Positions 27,490-41,194 of a stretch of DNA of 64,000 nt are shown one piece after another. A model generated the notes under the pieces. It was not told the DNA's origin. It saw only the letters and a list, made by a program, of their open reading frames with translations, and made no database searches. The position numbers and the translations under genes are program-made. Origin of the DNA: Eledone cirrhosa (taxonomy: Eukaryota); contig OZ024740.1 of the NCBI GenBank assembly GCA_964016885.1, forward strand, positions 292,888,001 through 292,952,000, read 5' to 3'. The number at the start of each line of letters is the position of its first letter. Position 1 is the first letter of the stretch.

Positions 27490-27780
27490 TTCATCAGGTC
27501 TTTGTTGAGTGGTGGTTCTTTTATGTGACTTCAGGTGATTAACCTAACCAGCTTTCGAGAGGAGTGTACGTTGACAGAATTCGCATGTCCAACTATAAAT
27601 GTCTTCATCATGACTGTGAGCACAACCCTTCCGGAGCTGACGCTTCAGTTGTTTATGTTCTAAGCAAGATTCCTCAAACGTTTTGCAACTGCCCTTTATG
27701 CACTTTCTCCACTCTATCCTATTTAGAGCTATCTCCTCCCAGTTGTCTATATCGAATGCCAGCTCTTTGAGGTTATTCTT
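27490..27780 (-). mobile_element. 3'-terminal fragment of a second RTE (BovB-like) LINE
   Basis: YKNNLKELAFDIDNWEEIALNRIEWRKCI...WTCEFCQRTLLSKAG*VNHLKSH: RTE C-terminus with a degenerate C2H2 finger. Confidence 0.75.
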
Positions 27781-27784
27781 ATAT

Positions 27785-30116
27785 ATCATCATCATCATCA
27801 TCATCACCGTTTTACGTCCGTTCTTCCACGCTAGCATGGGTTAGACGGGTTGTCCTGTTGTGGGCAGTGTCTGGTCGGCTGACCATGCCTTGCTCATACA
27901 GGAACTGATCTGGCTTGATTTCTACAGCTGGATGCCCTTCCTAACACCAACCTCATTTACAGTGAGTGCTGGGTGCTTTTTCGTGGCGCCTACACGTCCA
28001 CTTTACAGTGTGGGCTGGGTGCTTTTTTGCCGTGGCACCTCCACGGCCACCTTGCGGTGGGGGGGGGGCATATTGTTTATATGCTTCAGCATGTACCCAT
28101 GGGAGGTCGGGTACCCTGTATTACTGCGTGACGCCAGAAGTCACGGTCGTGTGTCATTGACTTTGAGAGGTGTAGTTGGGTAAGGTCGGCTTTTATCACC
28201 TCATCCCAAGTCATCTTGGGTCTCCCCACTCCGCGGTTTCCATCAACTTCTAGTGCTCTGCACCTTTTTATGCAGCTGTCATCCTTCATACGCATCACAT
28301 GTCCATACCAGCGTAACCGCCACTCCTGCACGCAGCATTTGATTCCTCTTATGCTCAGTCTCTCTCTCAATTCCTTTATGCTTTGTCGTTCACGTATATT
28401 ACTGTTACACATCCATCGGAGCATGCAGGCTTCGTTTCTCTCTAATCTACGTAAGTCTTCCACCTTCAGCGCCCAGGTCTCACTACCATGCAACATCGCT
28501 GTTCGGATACATGCATCATACAGTCTGCCTTTCATTCTGAGGGAGAAGCCTTTTGCAGCTAGCAGTGGTAGTAGTTCCCTAAACTTCTTCCATCCCGTTC
28601 TTACCCTAGTTATTGTACTTTCTGAGCACCCACCTCCGTTGCTAATTCGGTCACCTAGGTAGCAGAAGCTGTCTACTGTTTCTACAGGGCCCTCCCAGAG
28701 ATTGGTGGTACTTGTTTCCTGTAGCTGTTTGCTTGCTGTTTCAGCACAGCTGCTGCATGTGAATCCTACATTCTTAATTAAGCTTCCTGAGATCCCGCTA
28801 CATCTCTTGTGTACCCATTGTTTGCATTTGGGGCAGAGAATGGAGTTCCTACCTACACCTTTCCTACATACTGAGCAAGGCCATTTCCCTGAGGGGATCT
28901 GGGTTCTGTTTTCTCGTCTACTTACAAGGACCTTAGTCTTTGTCATGTTGACTTTGAGGCCCTTTCTCTCTAGTCCCTGCTTCCAGGTTTGGAATTTATT
29001 CTCTAGTTCTATGAGTGCGAGGTCATCAGCATACAGGAGTTCCCATGGGCATCCGGTATTAAACTCCTCCGTTATTGCCTGCAGGACTATGATGAACAGG
29101 AGAGGGCTAAGAACAGAGCCCTGGTGGACCCCAACCTGTACGCTAAATTCCTCGCTATACTCATTGCCAATCCTAACTTTGCTGACTGCTCCCCTATACA
29201 TGGCTTGTACCGCTTTCACAAGCCATTCATCTACTCCTAGTTTTCTAAGAGCCCACCAGATTACTGCACGTGGAACTCTGTCAAAGGCTTTCTCAAGGTC
29301 GACAAATGCCAAGTAGAGTGGCTTACTTTTAGCTAGGTACTTTTCCTGTAATTGCCTCACAAGGAAGAGGGCATCAGTGGTGCCTTTCCCTGGTACAAAC
29401 CCAAATTGCATCTCGTCTATATTCACCCGGTCCCTAATCAGCTGTGCTATAACTCTTTCTGTTACTTTCATGACCTGGTCCATCAACTTTATACCTCTAT
29501 AGTTTCCTCTATCTAGTGCATCGCCTTTACCTTTGTAGCAGTTGACAATGATGCTACTGCACCAATCTTTTGGTATGGCCCCCTCTAGTATTACCTGGTT
29601 AACGATACGTGTGGTTATAGTGTGACCTACAGACCCAGATGCCTTCAGCATCTCGGCAGCTATACCCGATGGACCGGTTGCCTTCCCTATCTTCATATCT
29701 CTGATTGCCTTACTTACTACGCTGCCGCTGACTTGTACTGCTGGTCCCTCTATAGGGTCTACGTGGGGTAGGGTCTCTTCTTCCCATGCATTCTCCTCAT
29801 TTAGTAATCTATCATAATGACTCTTCCATGCATCTTTCTTCTCAGCACTTGTGAGGGCAAGCTCACCTTTATCATTCCGGATACACTTCTCTCCAATGAC
29901 ATCACAACTATCTCTGACACACTGCCTCGCAATCTTGAATACCTCCTGTTTCTGGTCCTCACGTTGTAAAACATGCTTGAATTTTCTATCCTCTGCTTCC
30001 CTCCTAGCTAAGTATACTTGTCGCCTAGCTTCCCTCTTGGTCTCTATGTAATGTACCCTGCTCCCCCCGTTCTTCCATTCTTTCCATGCCTGTCTCTTGG
30101 CCTTGACTGCTTCATC

Positions 30117-30120
<4 letters not shown>
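27785..30120 (-). mobile_element. 5'-truncated RTE-clade LINE with open RT ORF, PHD-like Cys/His insert, 3' UTR and (GAT)n tail
   Basis: ORF 28086-~30120 has RT motifs NYRGIKL, QFGF, FVDLEKAFD, GVHQGSVLSP, LLYADD, FCYLG and the insert WPCSVC..C..C..WVHKRC..C..C. Tail (atc)n on the plus strand at 27785-27806. The 5' end abuts (TA)n. Confidence 0.92.
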
Positions 30121-30149
<29 letters not shown>

Positions 30150-30413
30150 ACGGCGATGAATTACTTTTGCGAGGTTTTTTATATGAAATCGTGTGTCGAA
30201 ACAAATATTGTTATAATTGGGGAGGGTCATATTTGTGTAATATTGCCAGAATTAATAACAGAACACACTCACTGTTTGGTTGGTTTTCGCTTTTCGCTTC
30301 TGTGTCTTTTATATCGGTAATCTAATTTATTCGGTCCTCAATGTTGCCATTGACTGACCAACGGTCAAAAATAATACAGATACAATATAGACACAAATAC
30401 ATATATATAGTTT

Positions 30414-30455
30414 ATCAAAGTTCTTTCGTTGCACATCTGCAACATCGTCAGTGGT
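30414..30455 (-). ncRNA. Hammerhead motif in the PLE pseudo-LTR (partner copy 32027-32068 +, core mutated to CUAACGA)
   Basis: acca-CUGACGA-u-GUUGC-agaugu-GCAAC-GAAA-GaaC-UU^ugau. Confidence 0.65.
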
Positions 30456-30739
30456 GCTATTGTTTCCTCCCGTTACATTGTATGTCTACGCCATCTTTAT
30501 TTAGTCTGTTTATATATATATTTATTTGTTTGTTTGTTTATTTTATTTTGTCTTCTTTGCGCATGCGTTTGCGTGTGTGTATAGTGTTTGGTTGATGTGT
30601 GTTCGTGATTGGGTGACTGTGTATTGGTTAATGTATTCTATTTTTACTAGTGTGTTTATATATGTTTGTTGTTATTGTGCTTGTGTATGTATTTATTTAT
30701 TTATTTATCTATTTATTTATTTATTTATACTTCTCTTAG

Positions 30740-31740
30740 GTCCAACACCCTAACAATAGACTACCTGTATTAGACACGGAACTCTGGATTAACACTCTAG
30801 ACGAGAGAGCCCAAATTATCCACTCACACTATGCTAAACCCATGGCCTCCAAATACCCGATACTCAAAAACTCAGCAATGTCCAGTAGTGCTAAGTTTAA
30901 TATTCTGATCGCAGATTTGGTACGAGTGATGAAGAATGTGTCCCGCATGTGCGACCCAACAGAAATGGAAAGACACATCCAACACTTCATCAACCGCATG
31001 CAGTTCTCTGGCTACAACCAAAGAGACAGAGTCAGAGTATACGAAGGAGCCATGGAGAAGTATAAGACCCTCATAGAACTGGACATGAAAGGAATTTGCC
31101 CATTATACAGGAGCAAATCATGGAATAGCTTAGATAGGGCTAGACATAAGATAGGGAAAGCCACCTCATGGTACAACAACCAGAGATACCAGAGTGTCAT
31201 GTTTGTGGACGCTACCCCTGGAGGGAAATTAGCTAACCAGTGTAGAAAGGCCCTGAGAAAGACCCACTTAAAGATTAACGTGGTAGAAAAGCCAGGAACC
31301 ACCATAAAATCCCTGATCAGCAAAACCTACCCTTTTAAGAAAACCCACTGTACTAATAGGAAATGTATCATATGTAAGGTAAACCCCCGGATAAACTGTA
31401 AAACTAGAAACGTAGTCTATAGCATAAGATGTACAGAGGGTACTTGCAGAAACATGACAACAACGTACATAGGCGAGACAGCTCGTAGCATAGGTGAAAG
31501 GATATACCAACACTGGGGGGAACTAAAAGGACGAAAAAAACGGTTCAGTACTATACGAACATGCCAGACAACAACACAACGGTAACAGAGACAACATAGA
31601 AATTAGAATAATATCTAAACATAGAAATGACCCAGCAGATAGGCAAATCAGAGAGGCCAGTGAAATAGAAATTAGAAGGCCAAGGCTAAACAGAAACAAT
31701 GAATGGAATAACAACAACACCCAAACAAACAACACTGCCC
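30740..31740 (+). pseudogene. C-terminal part of PLE ORF (RT thumb, CxxC linker, GIY-YIG endonuclease), one frameshift
   Basis: LPVLDTELW..HYAKPMAS..NSAMS; C..C..C linker; NCKTRNVVYSIRC..YIGETARSIGERIYQH. After a frameshift near the A-run at ~31535 it continues YEHARQQHNG..RQIREASEIEIRRPRLNRNNEW. Confidence 0.9.
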
Positions 31741-32268
31741 TAAGAGAAGTATAAATAAATAAATAAATAGATAAATAAATAAATAAATACATACACAAGC
31801 ACAATAACAACAAACACATATAAACTCACACTAGTAAAGATAGAATACATTAACCAATACACAGTCACCCAATCACGAACACACATCAAACAAAACACTA
31901 TACACACACGCAAACGCATGCGCAAAGAAGATAAAATAAAATAAACAAACAAACAAATAAATAAATATATAAACAGACTAAATAAAGATGGCGTAGACAT
32001 ACAATGTAACGGGAGGAAACAATAGCACCACTAACGATGTTGCAGATGTGCAACGAAAGAACTTTGATAAACTATATATATGTGTTTGTGTCTATATTGT
32101 ATCTGTATTATTTTTGACCGTTGGTCAGTCAATGGCAACATTGAGGACCGAATAAATTAGATTACCGATATAAAAGACACAGAAGCGAAAAGCGAAAACC
32201 AACCAAACAGTGAGTGTGTTCTGTTATTAATTCTGGCAATATTACACAAATATGACCCTCCCAAGTAT

Positions 32269-32358
<90 letters not shown>

Positions 32359-32515
32359 GTACACATACACACGAACTACTGACTAAATAATGTTTGGTAT
32401 CAATGTTAAAGACATCTGTCGAATCAATTAGTGGTGAAGGTGGTGTATATATAAATACATACACACATACATATACATACATATGCATATATACACACGC
32501 ATGCACAAACATATG

Positions 32516-32577
<62 letters not shown>

Positions 32578-33267
32578 CAGGGAAGCAGGAAAATGCTTAT
32601 TGTGATCCAGTTCGTGGTTAAGAAAGCCGGTTTCATGGACGTGAAAATTTGGACATGAACAACAATTATCATCGAGTGGCTGCTATTTGCAGTATAGCAA
32701 TATACGGTTGCACTTACCAATGAAACGGTCGTAAATACCTGGATAAAATCCTTTTCTTAATGCTTACCTGTACTTTCTCTTTTATACTATATATATATGT
32801 ATATATATATACATATACATGCACTCCCATATATATATACAGGAGTGCGTGTATATGTGTATATATAGATTAATATATATGTATACATAACATGTTTTCA
32901 ACTGTACAAATATCCCTAGGGATCTAATTGACATTAATATATATATATATATACATCGCCTTCACCACTAATTGATTTGAGTGAGTGTGAAAGAACAAAG
33001 GGCATTATTGAAAGTCTCTGGATTTAGCAAAATATATGATATTTTTTATTGGAGAAGGTAAGATATTTCCCCGCAAAAATTTGATTGCACTGTTTTGTTT
33101 TCACTTATGTATCTTTGAAAATGTTATTTATTCATTATAAAAATTATATGATAGCATTCTGTATGTTGGTGGGCCCCCTTCATTTGGCAACCAATACTTT
33201 TAGACTCAGTCCGCCACTGTGCACACACACACAAACACACACACATATATATATATATATATTATAT

Positions 33268-33394
<127 letters not shown>

Positions 33395-33479
33395 AGTATG
33401 TATGTATGTATACATACATACATTTAAGTAAGTGCCGTACTAAGAGTGAGAAATGATATTTCGTTTCATTCTATTCCAC

Positions 33480-33515
<36 letters not shown>

Positions 33516-33564
33516 GAAAAAAGTTAGTCCTTCATCAGTGATCTTCCAACCATCATTGATATTT

Positions 33565-33610
<46 letters not shown>

Positions 33611-33830
33611 TTGTAAGTTTGAATCTAACTGACATGCAAAAACATATATATATATGAATAAGGTAAACCCAAATCATAGTCGATTCAAATATCACAGAGA
33701 GTAAGAGAGAGAGAGCGAGAGGGGGGAGTGGGCAGAGAAATGAGGTGCAACAGAAATGAAATAAATATGGATTACAGGTTAAAATATATTCTAGATAGAT
33801 GAGAAACAAAACGAGCATGTAGTTTTGAAA

Positions 33831-34562
33831 TGGACCTTAAGTAGAAGAAATAACATTAAGAAAGACATGAACGACAGCACATCATTTTGTTTTAAAAACT
33901 TTGAAAGTAGGTTTATAAGTATGAATTTTCAGTGATTTTTCGTAGTTGTCTCTGTGGCCTGGCTGTAGGTACTGGAGATGGCAGAGATACTGGCCTTGGG
34001 TTCAATCCTGGTCAAGACGTACAAGTAATCGTTTTCAGTTTTTATTTTACATCCCATAGAAAAAAACCCTGAAATTGTTCACTCCCAAACAGGATCGAAC
34101 TTCAGACGAGGATCACCACCATCTATAATTCCTCCAGCTAGGCGGCCGAGACAACGAAAGAATAGTGAAAATTAATAATTATAAACCTACTTTCAAAATC
34201 AAAGTTAACATTTTGAAAGTAGGTTTATAAGTATTTTCGCAATTGTCTCTGTGGCCTAGCGGTAGGTACTGGAGATGGCAGAGATACTGGCTTTGGGTTC
34301 AATCCTGGTCAAGAGGTACATATAATCATTTTCAGTTTTTATTTTACATCCCATAGAAAAAAACTGAAAAGTTTACTCCCGACAAGGATCGAACTTCAGA
34401 CCAGGATCACCACCGTCTATGATTCCTCCAACTAGGCCACTGAGTCAGTTACAAAAGTATGACGAAAATTAATACCTATAAACCTACTTTCAAAATCAAA
34501 GTTAAAAAGATGTGGTGTCGTTCATGGCTTTCCTAGAGCTCTTAGTCATATTAGGGTCCACA
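33831..34562. mobile_element. Palindromic MITE-like element with a duplicated ~310-bp core
   Basis: Outer imperfect TIR tggaccttaa..catgaacgacagcacatc / gatgtggtgtcgttcatg..ttagggtcca. Two cores (33900-34198, 34211-34495), each bounded by tttgaaagtaggtttata / tataaacctactttcaaa. Confidence 0.7.
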
Positions 34563-34927
34563 ATTTTCTGTCTGTTTGGTGACAACTTTATTATTCCTAT
34601 GTGTGTTTAACTGTGGAATTAACTTAATTTAATTATTTTAACAAACAAATAATATATATATATATTGAGTGAGTGTAAAAGACCAAAGATTATTATTGAA
34701 AGTCTCTGGATTTCGCAAAATGCATAATATTCTTAATTAGAGAAGGTAAGATATTTTTCTGCAAAAAAAAAAAAAAATGCACTTTTTTGTTTCACTTATG
34801 TATTTTTTGAAAATGTTATTTATCCTTTATGAAAATTAAATGATAGCATTCTATATGTAGGAGGACCCCTTCATCTCCTGGTAACCAATATTTTTAGCCT
34901 CAATCCGTCACTGCATAAATACATACA

Positions 34928-35529
34928 TGGTGGCTGCCAACTCGTTTTCGAGTACGGCCACTACTTTATATCCATGTAGGAGAACCCCTACCGATGCGCT
35001 GAACGAGTGTAATTTTTAGCCCAGCCAGCGACTTGAAAACTCTGGTACAAATACTACACTTGTGACAATTATTGACACATAGTGCTAGGCCCATGGTACC
35101 ATGTGACGACAAGTGCAGAGAGATCTCGAGATATAAAGCAATGCCTGTGCCGTGAAGCTTTTATAGTGAGCAAAGACACTGCACAAAGTCAGTCCCACTC
35201 TCTTAACCAAGATGATATTTATCAAAAAGAAGAACAAATCAACATCATTGGATGCCATCAGGGTTGCAGGTGTTATATCAGAGTTTTCCTTCTCCTAGAA
35301 TTCTGCCTTGACAAAGGCTAAGGGGTCATCTCTCCCGGTGATTTTGGATGGCCGTTGACTCTTAAGAGCTCCTTTGCTCTTTGACAGGTTTTGTTTTAGT
35401 CCTGCAGGATGTTGAAAGTCACCCCTCTCACGAAGAAACCTTGGTGGGGTTGCCAGTTTAGTCGCCAACGACCATGAGACAAGTTGTACTGGGATACATG
35501 TTACCAGTAGCACCAACTGGTGACCTGAC
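34928..35529 (-). mobile_element. ~600-bp non-autonomous RTE-derived retroelement (family K), full length
   Basis: Contains the RTE 5'UTR-type motif CTAGGAGAAGGAAAACTCTGA. Fixed 3' end GAGTTGGCAGCCACCA plus (TGTA)n. Several copies in the window. Confidence 0.7.
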
Positions 35530-36098
35530 ATAAATATACATATATATATATACATACATATATATATATATACATATATATATACATACATATACACATA
35601 CATACATATACACATACATACATAAACATATACATACATATATATATATACATACATACATATATACATACATATACACATACATACATATATACATACA
35701 TACATATATATACACACACACACATATACACATATATATACATATACATATATATATATACAAATATATACATACATATACACATACATACATATATGTA
35801 TATACATATATACACATATATACACATATATATACATACATACATATATACGCACACACGTATATATATATACATATATATATATACACATATACACATA
35901 CATATATATATACATACATATATACATATATACATACATATATATATACATATATACATACACATATACATACACATACATATATATATATACATATACA
36001 TACATATATATACATATTCATACACATATATATATATTTATATACATACATATATACACACACATATACATACATACATACACACATACAGACACATA

Positions 36099-36130
<32 letters not shown>

Positions 36131-37601
36131 CATACACATATACACATATATATACATATACATATATATATATATATATATGGTGACTGCCAACTAGTTT
36201 TCGATTACGGCCACTACTTTATATCCATGTAGGAGAACCCATACCGATGCGCGGAACGAGTGTGACCTTTTAGTCCAGCCAGCGACTTGAAAACTCTGGT
36301 ACAAACACTACACTTGTGACAATTATTGACACATAGTGCTGGGTCCATGGTTCCATGTGACGAGAAGTGCAGAGAGATCTCCAGATATAAAGCAATGCCT
36401 GTGCCGTGAAGCTTTTATAGTGAGCAAAGGCACTGCACAAAGCCAGTCCCACTCTCTTAACAAAGGTAATATTTACCAAAAAGAAGAACAATTTAACATC
36501 ATTGGATACCATCAGGGTTGCAGGTGTTATATTAGAGTTTTGCTTCTCATAGAATTCTGCCTTGACAAAGGCTAAGGGGTCATCTCTCCCGGGGATTTTG
36601 GATGGCCATTGACTCTTAAAAGCTCCTTTGCCCTTTGACAGGTTTTGTTTTTAGTCCTGCAGGATGTCAAAAGTCACCCTCCTCACCAAGAAACCTTGGT
36701 GTGGTTGCCAGTTTAGTCGCCAACGACCCGACCATTAGACAGGTTGTACTGGGATACATGTTACCAGTAGCACCAACTGGTGATCTGACACATATATATA
36801 CATACATATATATATATACATACACACATACATACACATACATACATATATACATACATACACATACACATACATACATACATACATACATACATACATA
36901 CATACATACATACATACATACATACATACATACATACATACATACACACATACATACATACATACATACACACACATACATATATACATACATATACATA
37001 CACATATACATATATACATACATATACACATATATATACACATACATACACATATATATATACACATATACACACACATATATATACATATATACATATA
37101 ATTACATATACATACATATACATACATATACATATATATACATATATATACATATACATATATATATACATATATACATATACACACATATATGCATACA
37201 TATATATATATATATATACATACATATACATACATATACATACATATATACATATACACATATACACATATATACATATACATATATACACATATAGACA
37301 TACATATATATATATATACATATATACATACACATATATATATACACATATACATACATACACATATACATACATATATACATACATATATATATATACA
37401 CATACACATATATACATACACATACATACACATATATACACATACACATATATATATATACACATATACACATATATATACACATATATACACACATATA
37501 TATATATATATACACATATACACATATATATATACATATATATACACATATATACACACATATATATATATATACACACATATATATATATATATATACA
37601 C

Positions 37602-37632
<31 letters not shown>

Positions 37633-38166
37633 CACATATATATATACACATATATATATATACACATATATATATATATACATATATATATATACATATA
37701 TATACATATACATATATACATATACATATACATATACATATATATACATATATATACATATACATATATAAACATATATATACACATACATATACACATA
37801 TATACACATATATATATATACATATATATACATACATATATATATATATACTCATACATACACACATATATATATATACATATATACACATATACATATA
37901 CACATACATACATATACATATATACATATATATATACATACATATATACACACATACACACACATATATATACATACATATATATATATATACATATATA
38001 CATATATACGCATATATATATATATACATATACATATACATATATATATATACATATATACACATACACATACATATATACACATACACACACATATATA
38101 TATATACATATACACATACATATATATATATACACATACATATACACACACATACATATATATATG

Positions 38167-38198
<32 letters not shown>

Positions 38199-38200
38199 AT
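35530..38200. repeat. Very long compound (TA/CA/TACA) microsatellite blocks (35530-36180, 36790-38200)
   Basis: Directly visible alternating purine-pyrimidine low-complexity sequence, source of the spurious long ORFs. Confidence 0.95.
36181..36789 (-). mobile_element. Family K, full-length copy
   Basis: Colinear with and highly similar to 34928-35529. Confidence 0.75.
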
Positions 38201-38203
38201 TAG

Positions 38204-38235
<32 letters not shown>

Positions 38236-39132
38236 ATTAGTATATTTACCAACATATGCGTACAGATGTACACTAATGCTAGCAAATCCTCAGTGTCACG
38301 TGATTGATTCTTTAGAATCTGCCACTTGACCAGAGACAGTGAACTTTTTCAGTGCTATGGAATTTAGTCCCCGCTAGCTGTTCCATCCACCGAATTATTA
38401 TTTTTATATGAGTCCGTAGTGTCCGCGCATTGCCTGGGGACTTAGCTGAGAATAGACTCCCTAATGACGTAATGAATTCTCGATGGTTACGTTGCGTAAC
38501 TATCTTTATCCCATTACAGAAACTAATTAGTTGGAGTGAACATTTTAGTAAGTAAGTTAATTTTTAATTTTTAAAATTTTCTTATTTTACGTCTTTCATA
38601 TAATTGTTCTGCATCCCCCTGCATAGAACCACCTAGGTACTATGACATAACTTATGTATTTGCTAGCATTAGTGTACATCTGTACGCATATGTTGGTAAA
38701 TATACTAATTCTTTATATTTATCTCTAAATTATTTATTTGTTGAGCAAACTTGCCAAATCCACTGCTAATTCAATTGTAGTGGTAGTAGGCTCTTGTTAT
38801 AATACCATCCCACTCCTACTGACTAGCCTCAGTGTCACGTGATTGATTCTTTAGAATCTGCCACTTGACCAGAGACAGTGAACTTTTTCAGTGCTATGGA
38901 ATTCAGTCCCCGCTAGCTGTTCCATCCACCGAATTATTATTTTTATATGAGTCCGTAGTGTCCACGCATTGCCTGGGGACTTAGCTGAGAATAGACTCCC
39001 TGATGACGTAATGAATTCTCGATGGTTACATTGCGTAACTATCTTTATCCCATTACAGAAACTAATTAGTTGGAGTGAAAATTTTAGTAAGTAAGTTAAT
39101 TTTTAATTTTTAAAATGTTCTTATTTTACGTC

Positions 39133-39185
<53 letters not shown>

Positions 39186-39189
<4 letters not shown>

Positions 39190-39485
39190 TTGTGAGAGCT
39201 ATACAAGCCATGTATAAAGAAAGAGTCAGCAAGGTTAGAATTAACAACGAATATAGTGAAGAGTTTAGCGTAAAAGTTGGTGTTCATCAGGGCTCCGTTC
39301 TTAGCCCCCTACTATCTATCATTGCCCTTCAGGCTATAACAGTGGAGTTCAAGACCGGCTGCCCATGGGAACTCCTTTACGCAGATGATCTAACGCTCAT
39401 AGCTTAATCAATGGCCGAACTAGAGAAGAAATTCCAAATATGCAAGCATGGCCTAAAATCAAAAGGCCTTAAAATTAACCTGTCT
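39186..39485 (+). mobile_element. RT fragment of the same RTE family as 27785-30120
   Basis: VRAIQAMYKERVSKVRINNEYSEEFSVKVGVHQGSVLSP...LLYADD, near-identical protein to the larger copy, with a stop. Bounded by microsatellites. Confidence 0.9.
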
Positions 39486-39554
39486 TAACATACATACATA
39501 CATACATACATACATACATACATACATACATACATACATACATACATACATACA

Positions 39555-39969
39555 TGGTGGTGGCTGCCAACTCGTTTTCGAGTACGGCCACTACTTTATA
39601 TTATATCCCTGTAGGTGAACCCCTACCGATGCGCTGAACGAGTGTGACTTTTTATTCCAGCCAGCGACTTGAAAACTCTGGTACAAACACTAGACTTGTG
39701 ACAATTATTGACACATAGTGCTGGGCACATGGTACCATGTGACGACAAGTGCAGAGAGATCTCCAGATATAAAGGAATGCCTGTGCCGTGAAGCTTTTAT
39801 AGTGAGCAAAGGCACTGCACAAAGCCAGTTCCACTCTCTTAACCAAGATGATATTTACCAAAAAGAAGAACAAGTCAACATCATTGGATACCATCAGGGT
39901 TGCAGGTGTTATATCAGAGTTTTCCTTCTCCTAGAATTCTGCCTTGACAAAGGCTAAGGGGTCATCTCT
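39555..39969 (-). mobile_element. Family K, 5'-truncated copy
   Basis: Same 3' end and (TGTA)n tail, lacking ~200 bp of the 5' end. Confidence 0.75.
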
Positions 39970-40911
39970 ACATACATACATATATCATTTTCGTATTTAT
40001 ATCCATATATAATTTTCGAATGGCACAAATTGTCATATCTTTGTCTCTACCTGTTTTGTTACATCCCAATTGCACACTGGAATTAATAGTCTCAACCTTA
40101 ATATACCGAAGCTGTATTGATTTCCTGAGGTTGACCGAGGAGATGGGACTATCCCTTTATTCATTATTGTTTTCCCATAGTCTTTGCTCCCCCCCCCCGT
40201 CCCCGCTATTGAATGTATATATATATACTTACAGACGGACACATATACACATATATATATATACACACATATACATGTCTATGTTCCTGTGTATGTATGT
40301 ATGTATGTATGTATGTATGTATGTATGTATGTATGTATGTATGTATGTATGTATGTATGTATGTATGTATGTATGTATGTATGTATATGTGCGTGTGTGT
40401 GTGTATGTGTATAATGACATTGCTCCATTTCTTTTGTGTTGCTAATGCATGATCGATTCCTATCATCTATCTAAAGTTAATATACCTAAACAGTTTTCAA
40501 TGAAAACTCGTAAATATCATATAAGCGTTAATAATTATTTTTATTTGCAATGAGAGATATGAATATAGGAAATTATATGAACGTATATGAACCTATTGAG
40601 CCCTGAGGAGGTGCTTGTTTTTTTAATCTTACTTTGCAATATAATAGCGAAATAGCGTGAAATGCCGTTCTTAAGAATATAAATTATTATAATATGAAAA
40701 GTAATATTAAAATAAAATAAAAAATATTTCTTTGGATATTATAATTTTTTTCACATTATGGTAAGTTGAATGGCCTATTAAATTAATCATAAAAAATATA
40801 ATAATTATAAACCCAAATATTTGATTGCTATGGTGTTACCCGTAATTTTATGGTGGATTTTGTGAGAATATATTTACCACTGTGGATAGCATCAGGTAAA
40901 GCTACATATAA

Positions 40912-41097
40912 ATAATTGTTTCTACTTTAGGCACAAGGCCAGCAATTACCCAGTGCATTACTGGTACTTTATTTTATCGACCCCGTAAGGATGAAAGGCA
41001 AAGTCAACCTCGGCGGGATTTGAACTCAGATCATAAAGGGACGTAACTATGCTGGAAAGCATGGCGTCCGACCCTCTACCGATACTGCCAATCCACA
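40912..41097 (-). mobile_element. Meta-type tRNA SINE
   Basis: Near-consensus full-length copy. Confidence 0.85.
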
Positions 41098-41194
41098 TAA
41101 TGTATAGAATACATCGAATTTTGAAATAACGAATTGATTAGATGGTTTTTTTTATTAGAAGGTTTTTAATTATTAATTATTTATTTATTAAAAA

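Larger units (their letters stand above)
30148..32273 (+). mobile_element. 5'-truncated Penelope-like element with an inverted copy of its 3' end (pseudo-LTR) upstream
   Basis: About 30210-30738 is the reverse complement of about 31739-32273, and these arms enclose an RT-thumb/linker/GIY-YIG coding region. (TA)n on both flanks. HHR motif in each arm. Confidence 0.9.

Noticed and set aside
35440-35529. HDV-like ribozyme at the 5' end of family K
   Set aside because: A CUAA-like J4/2 is present, but the P3 loop would be only 3 nt and the putative P2 is not supported in the diverged copy.
35295-38285. Long ORFs (up to 516 aa) rich in Y/I/C/V/M/H/T
   Set aside because: Translations of alternating purine-pyrimidine microsatellite, which cannot contain stop codons. 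The same applies to most ORFs in the track.
35082-39957. Three similar 79-aa ORFs (MLGPWYHV...) as a small gene family
   Set aside because: They are antisense readings of family K repeat copies, with non-ATG starts.
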